A program made the position numbers and the translations under genes. From NCBI GenBank assembly GCA_965202585.1, contig OZ241828.1:25668001-25732000 (forward strand): a stretch of DNA of 64,000 bases, read 5' to 3'. This document shows positions 27,198-40,746 of the stretch, one piece after another. A model generated the notes under the pieces. It was not told the DNA's origin, ran no database searches, and was given only the letters and a program-made list of their open reading frames with translations. The number at the start of each line of letters is the position of its first letter. Positions within the stretch are counted from its first letter, which is position 1. Source of the stretch: Thalia democratica (taxonomy: Eukaryota).

Positions 27198-28481
27198 CAG
27201 GGTTCGTGCGCGAAATTTTTTTCATTTAGCCTGACTGAGACCAATTTAGCCTGACATTTTTTCAAAGTAAGAAAAATCCCCTTTAGAAGTCATTTTAGGT
27301 ATTGGGGGTCTTGATTAGTATTATTGTAGTCTCTAACTTCAACCAGCTTTATCTCAAAAATATTTTAAGCTTAAAAAACTGCAAAAAGCAACTCATAGCC
27401 TAGTTACAACTCAATAAAATAAGACTAAATTGTGAAAAAGGTGATTGACCTCCCTATGACCTTAACATAACAAATTCAGTGATAAGTTTTAAAATAAGTG
27501 TTATATCTAATCTATTACTAGTGTAAAAATTCAGTGTATTTTACTAAACACAATTTTTCAATTTAATTAAGCACTAAGTAAAAACATTATAACCAGAAGA
27601 TTTATAATAAAACAACGTGCATTGTGGTGTTTTAATAAAATTTAAAATAAAACGGATACACGAGTGTTAAAGTAAGTAAAAAATGTTTATAATAGTATTT
27701 TGACTAATAGTTATAATTGATACATAATTATAAATCCTAAACTCTAAATTAATACAGTGATTGTTGATGTCGTATCAAATTTAAAAAGGTTACACTTAAG
27801 TTAAAAAAAACCTTTAATATTTTGTTCTTGTAAAGAAAAATGATTTATACCTAAAACTTGTACTCCCACAAAACTTAGTACTTATGTCTTAAAGCTAAGT
27901 TTTAGTGTTGTGAATATCTCTAATAACTTTAAATAAACAGTAAAATATATATGAATAAACTGCTAAGAGTTTTAATCTAAAAAGTGTTTGGTATAAAGCC
28001 TTTAAATTAGAAATTAAAACAGTTCAACCAACTAAGCTCTGAAAAACATAGCTGATGTAAACAAATTCAAACAAACAGTTAAGTTGTTGAACTAAGCTGT
28101 AATGTTTAAACTGTTTTTTTTTTTTTTTGGAATTTTCATAACTATGATGTATATAATCTACTCAAAACAAAATAATGAAAATTCTTATTAATTTAAAGAG
28201 ATTCAACAAAAGGTTTTAAGCATTTATTTTTACAAATACTGACTGATTTTGTCTTTGATAACTAAATCTTTATTTAGAAATAAATTCACATCTCAATTTA
28301 ATCTTAAAAAGATTTCTCAACTTTTTTCAATCAAAATTTTTCAAGCATTTGAACTGAGAAAAACTGAGATTTTCAAATTTTTAAATAAAAAAACTGATTT
28401 AGCCTGACGTTTTTCAACTTTTTTCAAAAAAACTTATTTAGCCTGACTTAGCCTGATTTAGCCTGACGCGCACGAACCCTG
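27198..28481. mobile_element. non-autonomous TA-flanked DNA transposon (Tc1/mariner-type), 1284 bp
   Basis: 15-bp TIR cagggttcgtgcgcg / cgcgcacgaaccctg flanked by TA on both sides; subterminal ttagcctga(c) repeats at both ends; no transposase ORF. Confidence 0.85.
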
Positions 28482-29035
28482 TAAAAACAAAAGCATATTT
28501 AAAAAGCAGTAAAGTTTTTAAAATGTTACTCATAGAAAAACAAAATTTGAAATTTCACAAACCTTATAAAGGTATTTCCTCGGTAGCATTAAATTAAATG
28601 TTTACAAAAAAAAATAATTGAATTAACGAATTTTACTGAGTATGGTAACATTTACAGAAGGTGTCTTTGGTTTACCAAATTAAATAAACAAAAAAAATTG
28701 TATAAATTGCAAAACATCACGAGTTAATGTTTTTTTTTGCGGTGTACCTTCAGATAAGCTTCAAAAAGGATAATAAAGTTTAGATAAATTGTTTTCGAAA
28801 AAATTTTCAATATATATTTTCTTTTTTTTATTCTTATTTTTTTCTTTTCTTTCTTCTTGGTCCAATCAGCTCAGGTTTTGAAGCATCCAAAACCAAAGTA
28901 CAATAAACACGATAAGTATTAATTGTTCACAAACTCAAGAAATTTTTTTTGCAACACGAAGATAGAAAAAATAAAATTCAAAATTAAATAAAGTACAGTA
29001 ATTTAAATTTATAGTACAACAAAACATCAACAAAC

Positions 29036-29166
29036 CTTGTTGTCTTGAAGTTTCTTCGCATCCGGTGATTCCCCTTCAGCAGTGACGTCATAACCCCGGC
29101 AAACGACAAACGTGACGTCACTCTTCACCCCCCTCAAAACGTTGACCGCTTCCCTGTGGCTTAGTC
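29036..29166 (-). CDS. scrib: scribble exon T: PDZ4 end (GLSHREAVNVLRGVKSDVTFVVCRGYDVTAEGESPDAKKLQDNK)
   Basis: tgtcAG / GTttgt, phase 1->0; last scribble exon recognisable in the window. Confidence 0.92.
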
Positions 29167-29390
29167 CTGACATTTAACAATAGATTGTTGGTTTGTTATG
29201 TATTTGTTATACAAATTAGTGTATGTTGTAACATAAACAATAAAAACATCAAAAAAAAAATTAATAAAAAAAATAAATTTTGGGTTTTAAATTAAATGCA
29301 GAGTTATATATATTAATTCAAATCAATATTAAGTTTTTCATTCATAAACTTATACTAGTATAACAGTTATTATTGTTCTTAAAAGCTCAC

Positions 29391-29475
29391 CCAATAATGA
29401 TTTGTTGTCAACTTCCAAGATTCGGTTTCCAACTTTTAATTGTTGCGACTTGTACGCAGCCCCTTCCGGTTTCAA
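29391..29475 (-). CDS. scrib: scribble exon S: PDZ4 middle (LKPEGAAYKSQQLKVGNRILEVDNKSLL)
   Basis: gtacAG / GTgagc, phase 0->1. Confidence 0.93.
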
Positions 29476-32400
29476 CTGTACAAAATTATTACTTGTTTTG
29501 TATTTAGTTTTTCTATGACAACTTTTAGAATAGGTAAAATAGATTTTGAATTCAAATTGTTTTTTCCTTTTTATTTGACATTTACAATATTTGACGTTCA
29601 CTTTTCTGTTAAACTGGGTAATATTGTTTTTTTTTCTCTTAGTTCAAATAATTTTACTTGAGTAAATGTCATAAAAATTTTACTTGTAATTAGAAAAATA
29701 ATAAATTATATAATGTTAGACAACTATAAAAGTATTATTTTTTAAATGCTTTTTCAGGTATGTTTTTTTATTTTAACATTATAATTGTTTTACAGTATTA
29801 TTTGATGAAGTAAAGTCAATACTCAAATAATAAGCTAATATGTTGAAGAGTAAGAAATAGTTATAAATTACCTGTAGAAAATATAAAACTTTTATTATAC
29901 TTTTAAGTTAACACATAAACTTTTTAATTATTCACAGTTTAAGTTTCTTTAACGTTAAAGAATTTAAACAGAATGCTACTAACAAAACTTTCAAAATTTC
30001 AATATATGACACAAGAAAAAGAATAAGTAAATTTTAAAATGTGTTTTATTTACATTTACCAAAATAACCCATTTTGTTTTATGAAATCGTGCGATGAAAA
30101 ATGTCTATAATGTTTATTAGATTTTTGAGTTTACTCAAACCTACTATAACGCACATTATAAATAATTTTAAATTTCCAAAATAAATAGCTAAAATAAAGC
30201 TTTCAAAAAACAATTTGGTTGAAAGCTTGTAAAATAAATTAAATTAAACTGTAAGTACTTTTAAGCGTTGTTTTATTTCCATTATACACAATCAAAATTT
30301 AATTTAAATCACGTTTGAACTTTATATCGTTTCTCAGTTCACTTGAACCTATTTCCGTTAAGAAAAACTTACACGAGCCAAAACCGATAGAAGTTGACGG
30401 AAAAATTGTATAAAGTTTAGCCCATCGCGTAAATTAAAACTAAGGTGTTTTTGAATACGCCTCCGAAAATTTAGTTTGTTTTATTTAATAATGTAAGTAC
30501 TAAATAAGAAAATAATTAACAGTAGTGAAAACTGATTAGGAAAACCTATCTTAGTTTGAATATCCAATAAAAGTTTAAATCAGTTAAAGTAAGAATACTT
30601 GACGAAAATTATTTATCAATAACTATTTAAACAGTTTAATTTTTTATAAGTATATAAAAATTCTACATACGTACATTAAGACTTGATCGTCATAAAAATT
30701 TCATAGAAAAATAAACAAAAGAGCATTAAAATTGTGATTTAAAACAGTTTGTTCGACGTTTTATTAAGTAGTTTAAAACAGTTTGAAAATTTACCACGTT
30801 TCTTATAAAAACTTTTTTTTCTTAGTGTACATTTGTAATTTTTTTTTATTTAAAGCTTGTGTAAAATAAAAACTAGGTATTTTTTCTCTAAACAGATTTA
30901 GATGTGTTTACAGTTATATTTAAAAATCTTTAACTATTAATGCCATATAACTTTTTATGAATCATTATTTTTTGTTTGTATCAAATTCACTAAAAGAATA
31001 AAAAAATGCTATTACTTTATTAAATAAATTTCAATTTGCTGTTTTCTGTGGCTGATTAGTTTAAATATTTAAAGTGTAATCATCAAACTTGATAATTAGT
31101 GCAGACTTATTATGTGGGACTTAATAAAGTTTGGTAATTTTGAAAACGGATAAAAAGTTTGTAAAGATTTAAATGAAACATTTTTCTTCAGCTATACAAA
31201 CAAACACAGTTTGTAAAAAAAAACACAACATTTGCATTAAATAAAACGTCAGCCAATTAAAGTGCAACTTTAAACTCTGCATAAAGCTAATGACATGTTA
31301 TTACGGTCTGTGCTTGCAATAAAAAACTTCAAATTAAATGTTTGTCAACAAAATGGCAAAAACGTCACAATTAGATATTACAATCTGTAATTTACTTGCA
31401 ATTTAATATCAATTACATTAAAAAGGCCTCTGTTTCGAATATAACATAAGCTCGTTTGTTTATTTAAATGACCATAAAACCAAACAAATTGGTTCATACA
31501 TCGCGATATATAAAAATATGCACGTTTCCGCTTGAATTTTGATCAATAAACGTTATTTAATTTGTCCGGAACATGTTTTTGTTTTATTACTTCATTAGAT
31601 CATAAATGTATTTTGATACAAAATTATTTTGACAAAGTGAGCTCAGTATGTTCCTGCAAAATTCCGTAAAACGAAACAAATTGTCATAGGATAATAAAAA
31701 TAAACAATATTATGTTCGGGTAAATTGTTTTTAAAAAATTTTATTTAAAACTTCTAAACTGTACTTTTGTTTCATTGTGTGACGTACAATTTCTTTTTTC
31801 TTGCTTTATTTTTAACCGTAAAACTTACAACTTTACATAAAACGTAAAATAAAAACACATAAACTTCTCTGATAAAAATTGCCACCACTTTTTGGAATTT
31901 TTTAAAACAAAACTTAAAGACAACCGTGAAATCATTGAACATTTAAATATAAATAAAAGTCTTCCGTTACATATTTTGATCATTAAAACAATTAAATTTA
32001 GCGTAAAACCTCAAAATCTAATTTACGTTATGAAAATGTTTAATATTAGCTATGTATTGAAGTTTGTAGAACATTTTTTAGCTGATAAAAAATTAAAGTC
32101 GTACCTAGTTAGTTTTTCTAACTATTATGTATACTTCTTTAAAAATACTGAGTCCTATTTTTTTAAAAAAAGTATAAACAAATAGTAAACACCTATTTAA
32201 CTTAGTTTTAGATTTTCAATTTATTTAATGCTTAGTTTTTATTTTTAGTAAGGTTTTTGCAAGGTAGGCATGTTCAAATACATTTTCGCTCGTATTCTGA
32301 ATTTCTGTTTCGTTTTGTTTACAAAACCTTACAAAATTGAAAAAAGTAAGGTAAATTTAGTCTTAAATTCATTCTGACAAATACTGATAACAATATAAAA

Positions 32401-32929
32401 TATAACCCTTTTTTTAGCTCAAAATTATTATATATAAATTATTGTGCTTGTAGTTGTTTTTTTCATAAGCATATATTACCATAACAAAAAATCGTGACAT
32501 GTATACATTTTTAAAATAAAGATTCAAAAGAGTTAAAAATTATAGTTATAAAGTTAAATAAATGTATCTCATTAAAATAAAAACAACAAAAATTCTTACA
32601 CGAAATGAATTGATTTTATAAAACTTTTATGTTACTCTATTTACTTACTTCAGTAAAGATTAACATACGAATTTTTAAGTAGCTTCGTTTTTGTAAATAC
32701 TTTTGTGTTGTACATAGTTTATTAAACAATAATAAGACCTCAAAACATTTGATTTCTAGGACTATAGTTACTTAAAGAAACTTAATTCTTTTAAAATTCG
32801 GGTAAACTTTCATAAAACAGTCGTAAACTGCAGAGCAAAAATTTTTATATTTTGCTGTTAGTTTAAAAATCGAGATTTTGTATTTTAGTAGTAAAGATAA
32901 TATTTAAGATACACAAATAATAAACTAAC

Positions 32930-33046
32930 GTTAGAGATGAATATTCCCATGTCTTTACTGTTGTCAGGGTTACCGGGAAATCCCCCCAAACCTCCCCTGA
33001 TGCTGAGACCCAATTTCTCACCAGGTTCGCGAACAATGTGCACTTC
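32930..33046 (-). CDS. scrib: scribble exon R: PDZ4 start (EVHIVREPGEKLGLSIRGGLGGFPGNPDNSKDMGIFISN)
   Basis: atacAG / GTtagt, phase 0->0. Confidence 0.95.
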
Positions 33047-33382
33047 CTGTATGAATTACTTAAAGATAAGATAAAGTTTAGATGTAAAATTTACAAAATT
33101 TACAGTTCAGCCTTGAAACTAACTTAATTTTTTTTTACTACGAATTTGTGTTACCAACAAAAAAATTGTTTAATTCAGAAGTACTTCTATACATTTTTAA
33201 ATACAAAAAAATTACTTTTTTTTTTTTAAATGAGTTAATTTAAACCAAATAAGAAAACATTTCAAAATTATTTAATTTTTTTTAGAATAAGACTACGTTT
33301 TAGTTCAACCATCGTATCAAATTTAAAATACAAAAAAACGTTTATTAAACCCTACAGAATAAAAACGCAAATACAACCAAAC

Positions 33383-33562
33383 CTTCATGTCGGGGGGCGG
33401 GGGGTCGTGGCGGACCAGCATGACCATGTTGTCGTTGTTACCGCTCAGCAGCGCCTCCACCGCAACGTGGTGGGTCGCGTGCCTGAGGTCCACGTTGTCG
33501 CACGTGAGGATCCGGTCGCCCACCCGCAGGTTTGAGCTCGATGCTGCTCCGTGCGGTTGGAT
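33383..33562 (-). CDS. scrib: scribble exon Q: PDZ3 C-terminal part (IQPHGAASSSNLRVGDRIL...RHDPPPPDMK)
   Basis: attcAG / GTttgg, phase 0->0, 60 codons. Confidence 0.96.
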
Positions 33563-34860
33563 CTGAATAAATTTGTTAAAAATTTAAAGTTGTTTTTAAA
33601 CTAAAATAAACAATTAAAAAATGTAAAAAAATTAACTTATTTCTTAGATATAAATTAATCATGTTTTTATTTTCTATTTAACATTCTGTCTCCTCAGGAA
33701 AGAATATCTGAAGTATTATTTTTTAAATAATTGAAATTTAAAAGTTTTTATTAACATCAACATTTAAATATTAAAAATTAACTTGATTCCGAGATATAAA
33801 CTGTTAATGTTTTCTTTTTTTATTTGAATCTGGATCTGAGTGTATCATATTTTTTGAAAAAGTTTAAAAATAATCGTTGTGTATTTGTTTATAAAACTGT
33901 TGTTTAACTTATTTATTGACTTTATACAATTTATAAGTACATGATTTTGTATTTATTTATTAGTCTGCCGCCTACGCGAAGGTCGGAATTTGATTCTGCA
34001 CTGTGCGGTTGAAATTGTTGGTAATATGAGAAACAACTAGATATGTTAGTTAAACTATTCATAAAGTACTTTGTGTGTCGAGTTAGCTGTTAGTGTGTGT
34101 TAATGATGTGTTCGATTTGTTTGTTTTATCTGCTTCTTAATTGCTGGGTTTAATAAAAACATTTTAATACACATTAGAAACAGTCGCGGGAAGCAAACTT
34201 AATTTGAAATGTGTCATTAATATTTCTTTTTACTTTCACAAATTGTTATACAACCCAATGCTATAAAAAACAGTGTTGGGTAACAGAGTCAAGAAAGCAG
34301 TATAATGGTGATAAAAACTTTATAAAATAAACATTAAAATCTTCTAAAACTTCCCACGTCAATATAACTACGTTTTACTGCCCCATAAAAACTTTAAACA
34401 TTTTTACCGAATAAAACTTCATGCATTTAACGTAAAAACATATTAATTTCCCCTAACTAGATGGATCCATAAAGTTCATTTAATTATGTTGCAGCTAATT
34501 AATTTTGATTACTAAACTGTTTAAATTTTCAACTTTGTATATTGTTTATAAACTAATACAAATAAAACTTATAATTTTAACTTTATATACTTCCAAAAGT
34601 TTTAAAAATTTTACTCTACCACATGCTAAGTATTATAATTTCAATTTTATTAAAGTTTTTAAAATTGATAAGTTGAATTATATTAATGGTTTTATGATTT
34701 ACTATTGTAAAAGTATATATTCTAATTTTATTACAAAACACTTTAAGACAAAAATTATATTATTACGATTTTATACAGCAATAAAAATCACTTATATAAT
34801 GTGAGAATTAATTTTCATGTTTTATAGACTACATTTTACAATATTTAAATTTTTATTAGA

Positions 34861-35340
34861 TATTTATTCAATCAATTTATTGCTTTATAAACTGATTTAT
34901 CGTTTTATTATTTAAGTTCTACTTTGCATGTAGCTTTGAAATAGATAAAAGAATATCAGCCGAAAACTTAAAAAATAAAAGATTTTTTTGTTATAAACAT
35001 AAACCAAACTTAGTTGAAAATGTTATTTCGTTTCTATAAAAGTATTAACTACAAAATATGTTTCAAACGGCTATATCAATAATACAAAAAAGTTAAATTA
35101 AAATTTTTAAAGAATCTTAAGAAATTCATGTTATAAAACTATACAAAGTTTGGTGCTAATGTTTAAAATGTTTTTTTTAATTTTAATTTAATTTAATTGA
35201 CTTATTACTTTACAGACTAAGTTATCGATTTTTTATTTAAATTACATGTAGCTTTATTGTAGATAATAATAAATCTGCTTTCGACTTAATAAACAAGTGA
35301 TTTTCAAAAACATAAACCAACTTAGTTAAAAACTGTAAAA
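34861..35340 (+). repeat. degenerate tandem duplication, unit about 330 bp
   Basis: catgtagcttt...tagata and aacataaacca(a)acttagtt each twice. Confidence 0.65.
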
Positions 35341-36046
35341 AACTAAACACACTTTAAACCGTATTATCAATAACACAAATGATATAATTTTGAGTTTCAA
35401 TTTTTTATTTCTCGTCTTATAACTATAGAAAGTTTAAAACTAGTATTTTGAAAACTTGTTTAAATTTAAACATGTTTTCTATGACATGTTTAAATTTAAA
35501 TAAATTAGGTCAAAGTTTATAATTATATATGTTTCCGATGTACAAGAATAGTCTGAATATTATTAAATTCAAAAAATCTATATCTTTCGAATCTAGGGCA
35601 AAAGTGAAACTTGTAGGAATAGACAACTAAAGTTTAAATTTATGTCTTGATAACAGTCATGGTAAAATAAAAATGACTGCTACTAAAACAAATTAAAATA
35701 AAATAATACAACTTAATCTAATTACTTTGAATTTTTCTTTGAAGTATGCACCTGTAATCAATTAGTTTGCACAACTTTTGTTTACTGTAAACAAAAGTTA
35801 ATTAAATTATAGTTTATTTAATAGATTTTTAAATGGGTACAGTTCAATTAACATTTATTTAAAAAACTTCGGAAATTTCGGCTTTAGTAAACCAAATTAA
35901 TGGTTATTTGCTTCAGAAATGTTTTAAAATTGATCTAATTCATGAGCTTAGTAAAGAAGTAAAGTGTACGATTTTCAAAAATTTATCCATTAACAATATT
36001 ATAAAGTATACATTAGTACTTTATACTTGTATTAAGCTCATACCAA

Positions 36047-36397
36047 GTTTGTTGCCTTGGAAACAATGATTGCGGATTCACCAAAGGGGTGACAATCGTG
36101 TTAATAAAATTATAATTAACTAATATTTACTTAAACATATTAATTATACGTTGATATTTTTTCTAATATAATATTACACAAATGAAACTGAGTGTTAAAT
36201 TTATAATTTGTAGTCACCTTGGAAACGATAATTCAGGGTTCATTAGGACCAAAGGGGTGACAATCGTGTTCATAATACCAAAATTAATTAATATTTACTT
36301 AAAGATGTTAGTTTTATGTTGTTTTTTTTTACTTTTAATAACAAAAAAGCCAATCTAACCGAATACAAATGAAACTGAGTGTTAAATTTATAGTTAC
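36047..36397 (-). pseudogene. two echoes of exon P (PDZ3) 3' end in a tandem unit of about 170-185 bp
   Basis: ccaaaggggtgacaRtcgtg present three times; shared intronic aatgaaactgagtgttaaatttata; nearer echo has an in-frame TGA, farther echo has donor GT changed to GC. Confidence 0.9.
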
Positions 36398-36508
36398 CTT
36401 AGAAACGATGATTCCGGGTTCGTTAGCGCCAAAGGGGTGACAGTCGTGGTCCGACCCCCCAACAATGGACATTCCGAGCTGACCCACCGTCCTGTCCAAG
36501 ATGACCTC
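36398..36508 (-). CDS. scrib: scribble exon P: PDZ3 N-terminal part (EVILDRTVGQLGMSIVGGSDHDCHPFGANEPGIIVSK)
   Basis: aaacAG / GTaact, phase 0->0, Scribble PDZ3 signature. Confidence 0.96.
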
Positions 36509-38631
36509 CTGTTTGGAAAAATTAATTTATTATTAAAAAATAATTTGAATCGACCAAAACTTTCAAGTAATAGATATACAAATATATTTTAAGATTATTT
36601 GTTCTGTCTAACATAACCTTCCGCTTGAAAAGATTTTGTTAACAAAGTTTGTCAGTTTTTCTGATTGATAATAGGATTACGTTATTTGTTCTGTTTATAA
36701 CGACCTCCTTTTTAGAAAAATATTTTAATTTAAACAGTATACTTTAAGTTGCAAACATAAACAAAAAGCAAAAGACTTTTGTGAGTAAACTTATAAATAG
36801 TTAAGTGCTTTTGTGCTTACTAGTTTGAAAACTGTAAAAATCCCTTGTTGTATGCAGTAATTCTAAAACTAAAATAACAACCTATTAAGATTATTTTTGA
36901 AACATTTTATTTATTATTAGTCATTAAGGTTGTATTCTAAAACAACATTTCCTTATTTTTTTATTTATTTAATTTTTAAACTTTAGTTGTTTTTTGCCTT
37001 TTTGTCTGTTTGGAAATTTTATACTTTTTTAGTCACGTATTTTAGAATGAAATATTTGTTTCAAAACAAAAAGTAACAGCTTTTTAGAAATTTGTTTTTT
37101 AATTTAACAACTAGTAATTAAGTTAATATCGGTAATTTTTGTTTTAAGGTTATAAAAATAACACTTATTTTTGGTATGAAATTATTTAGTTTTGCATTTA
37201 GTATAAAGAAAGTTGTTTCCCATATTTTTGATTACTGTTGATTTACTCGAAATCTAAGTATGTAAACACTTTTGGTAAGTAGATTTATTTTAGTACTGAA
37301 TTAATATGTAAGTTACAATATTTTTACATTACAATGAGTCTTTATAATAATTTAAAACAATACTACTTTTCTCAGCATTTTGTTAAGTATTATTTTATAC
37401 AGAAGTTTTAAAAATTACGAAAAGTACAGTGAAACAATTTAAGTGATGAAATTAAAAGATATTTTCATTCAGGTACTTTTTAAATGAAACAAATTTCATC
37501 TAACGAAATGAATAAGTTTCAATTTTTTACTTTGTTTTTTGTTAAAGATTGCTTTAAACGTTTACTTAAGTTTTAGTTTTTACAGCTCACTACCAATGTT
37601 TTAGTCTGGCGTTTTAAGAAGTTAAATATATTAAGTGTTAGTAATCTTTCATAGGTTTCTTTGTAAAAGGTTTAATGGTGCTTAAAATATTCTCATGCTC
37701 TTGTAAAATTTAATGCAAAAACTTTTTTTAAGAAAGTCTTTTTTACAAAAAAAAAACACAAATACGTATTTACCAAAAATTTAAAATTTATCTTAAAACT
37801 TTACACAAAATTAAGCCAACATAACTAATGGGCGCATAGTTACAACTAAGAATTAATATAGTTGCTTGTTTTATTAGCTAATAACCTTTTCTAAGCTATA
37901 TAAAGTTTGATATAAAATATTGGTGCGAATAAATTAAACAAAGTAAAAACTGGAAATAACGTTTTAAATTCAGCAAAGCTTGGTTAAAAAAATCGATTAT
38001 AAACTTGCATATTGTCAGTTTATCAACAAAAAACTTTCAACAGTTTTTATATAACGTTTTGTGACACAAATGTAGGTTCAAGTGTATTTTCAAAAAAATT
38101 CGAAATACTTTTGTAATTCCACTTGTGTCTAGCGGTAAAGTATTTATTATTCTACCATTTATGGATTATATTCAATCCGTTTTGGTGAAACTGTATAAAG
38201 TTTCAAATCATATATGAGACTAAGTTATTATAGTTGATACTGTTATAGTTGATACTGTTATAGTTTTTTTAAGATAAAAACACAGCCATTGTAGACATAA
38301 CATGTTGTAAAGTTTTTTTTTTTTTTTTGCATGTGTATATTATACAGTATTAGCCCGTTGAAATTAAAGTAAACATAAAGTTAGGTTGTGACTGGTTTCG
38401 AGTTGTACGTTACGTTTATCAGTTTTATGCTATTATACCGGTAGATTGTTTTTTAGTTCAGATTTTTTAAATCAGTCAATAATACTAAAAACTTACAAAA
38501 CTTTTATTAAACATCATGTAATGATGAGTTGATATATTTTTTCTTATTTATCTAATGTACGTAAAATTTAGCGTGATTCTGTTGATACCTCCTACATTAA
38601 CAGCTCAAAAATTAAAATTGTCAAAGTTGTT

Positions 38632-38945
38632 AAAACTACAACAAATTTCGGATCAGCCAATGTTAACACACACTTCATGTTTATAAAAGTTTGGAAAAGT
38701 TTCATAACACCTCTCACTCTAACGTATATGTAATTATAAGTTAATAATGAACTATTGCAGAAAATGTTAAATATAAGATTTGTTCATATTATTTCTAGTT
38801 CATATTATCACATATTACTAATACTACTTGTTTGAAAATATTTTGAATTAAGTTTCAAAATTAGTGTCTGTCAAAAATGAGAAAAACTACAAAGTTCATT
38901 ATGAACTACATAAAAGTTTGGAAGAGTTTCATAATTCTCTCATTC
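38632..38945 (+). repeat. degenerate duplication, unit about 230 bp
   Basis: ataaaagtttggaaRagtttcataa..ctctca.tc twice. Confidence 0.6.
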
Positions 38946-40267
38946 ATGTCTGGGTAATAATCATGTCTGGAATCACCTATAGACGGCAGCTATCGATTTT
39001 ATAATCTTTTTACAAAACAATGAACAACTTGACTCAACGCACGCGTCTAAGGGTTTGGAATGAAAATATTTTGTGTAAAAAGTCAGTTTAACACATGTAT
39101 GTGTAACGAAATTTAAATACTGAGTTCAGAATTTTTGAGCTAAAACTTGGTATTCTATAACTGTTGGTAGATTTTACAAGTAAGCTCTTTGTTTTAAGGA
39201 AATATAATTTCGTGAATAATTTGTTAGATAAAAATAAAATTCCGCAGTGAACCTCAAATAAATCTCGTAAATTTGTAACGAAAATTTACATATTATGCCA
39301 GGTGAAATAAGTTTTCCGGTTTATGATTATGGATTAAATAAAACTTTTTGAAAATCTCTCGATATATCAAAAGATAATTTACAAGCTAAACATATTTTTG
39401 ATGATACAAGCGCGGTAAAAGCTTTAGCAGAATAACTGCTTTGAGAAACTGCTGAGCAAGATGATCATCACACATATAAGATTATGAAAAGTATAGCTTA
39501 TTTTAAGATTCAACATAAGTTGTATGTGTCGTTATTCAGGAAAAGAAAACTGTTCTTGCGAATTAAATCGATATTATTTACATACTAAATATGGTTCTTC
39601 TGCTAGAAGTTTATGAGCACTAAGACAAAAATTCACTTTTCCAGGTGAAAGGTGTCACAGAAAACTTTTACACCACGTTTTCAAAATCAATTTACATGCA
39701 AACATTATTTTTCCATACTTGTGTGATTGTACGTTATAACTGCTTGTTTTCCTACAGCTTAAAAAATGACTTGTTTGAAAGGTTTAAAACGTTATGTATG
39801 TCAGTAAGGCAAAATAAATTGTAAGTTGAAATTAAATACAGACAGTTTGTAAAACAACTCGCATAACCAAGTGGAAACTTTAATTTCTAGTTTTCTTTAG
39901 CTGCTTTATAACTTAAAGACAAGAATTCTGCTTGGTTTGTAGTTTATTTTTGTCGGGTTATTTAAAGTTTTCAGTATTTACTTGACAAAACACGCAGTTG
40001 TTTGTATGGTTAAAGTAAGTATTTAAAACGTTTTCTTACCTGTAGATATATATGTGTGTACAGCAGCTTACTCAGAAACTTTCTATTTAGTTTTGATAGT
40101 TCAGTTTAATGTATTTTGCTTTAATATACACAAAAAAAAAATCTCACACACACTTAGAATATATTTGTCAATAAAAACTTAGCTTAATTAAAGATGTTTC
40201 TGTTTTGAGTAATGTAAAATTTTCCTGAGAACATCAAGTACGATTTGTTTTTAAACAAATGACAAAC

Positions 40268-40565
40268 CTCCAACATTCCGCACCCACTCGGGCTCACCAA
40301 TCTGGGGTTTTCCAGCAACAAGGAACCCCCTTGGAAACTTGAACCCCTCGATACCGAGTTTGAGTTGTTGCAGTTTCCCGATTGGCTGATCAATGAGGTC
40401 CTCTTTTCCGGTTGGCTGATTATCAGAGAGTTTCTGTTGTCCGATTGGCTTATAATGGAGGTCCTCTTTGCCGCCACCGGTGGCGATTCAAGTGCGGTTT
40501 TAACGGGACATTTGGGTGCCGGTTGGTCGGGTTCATCTTGCGACGGATCTTCGAGTTTGACGTCG
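40268..40565 (-). CDS. scrib: scribble exon O: Ser/Pro-rich PDZ2-PDZ3 linker with 3 internal repeats
   Basis: tcttacAG / GTttgt, phase 2->0; in-frame alternative donor GTgagc would end the exon at 40298. Confidence 0.8.
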
Positions 40566-40746
40566 CTGTAAGATGGTGTTATAATAGTTTTACTCATAGC
40601 TCTTTTTCGATTTCAATATTTTTTACCAGTCTATGCTCACAGGTAAACTAATTTATTAAATTCTTACATTTTTAAATTTTAAAAAGTATTTAACTATGTT
40701 TTCAAACAATGTTTGTTGAAGTTTCACAAAACATGCTAACACCAAC

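Noticed and set aside
27226-28467. Short ttagcctgac repeats and other tandem units as CRISPR-like arrays
   Set aside because: No regular unique spacers, no cas genes, eukaryotic context; explained by MITE subterminal repeats and tandem duplications
28820-28890. Possible extra scribble exon (VLDASKPELIGPRRKKRKK)
   Set aside because: No AG acceptor in a compatible position
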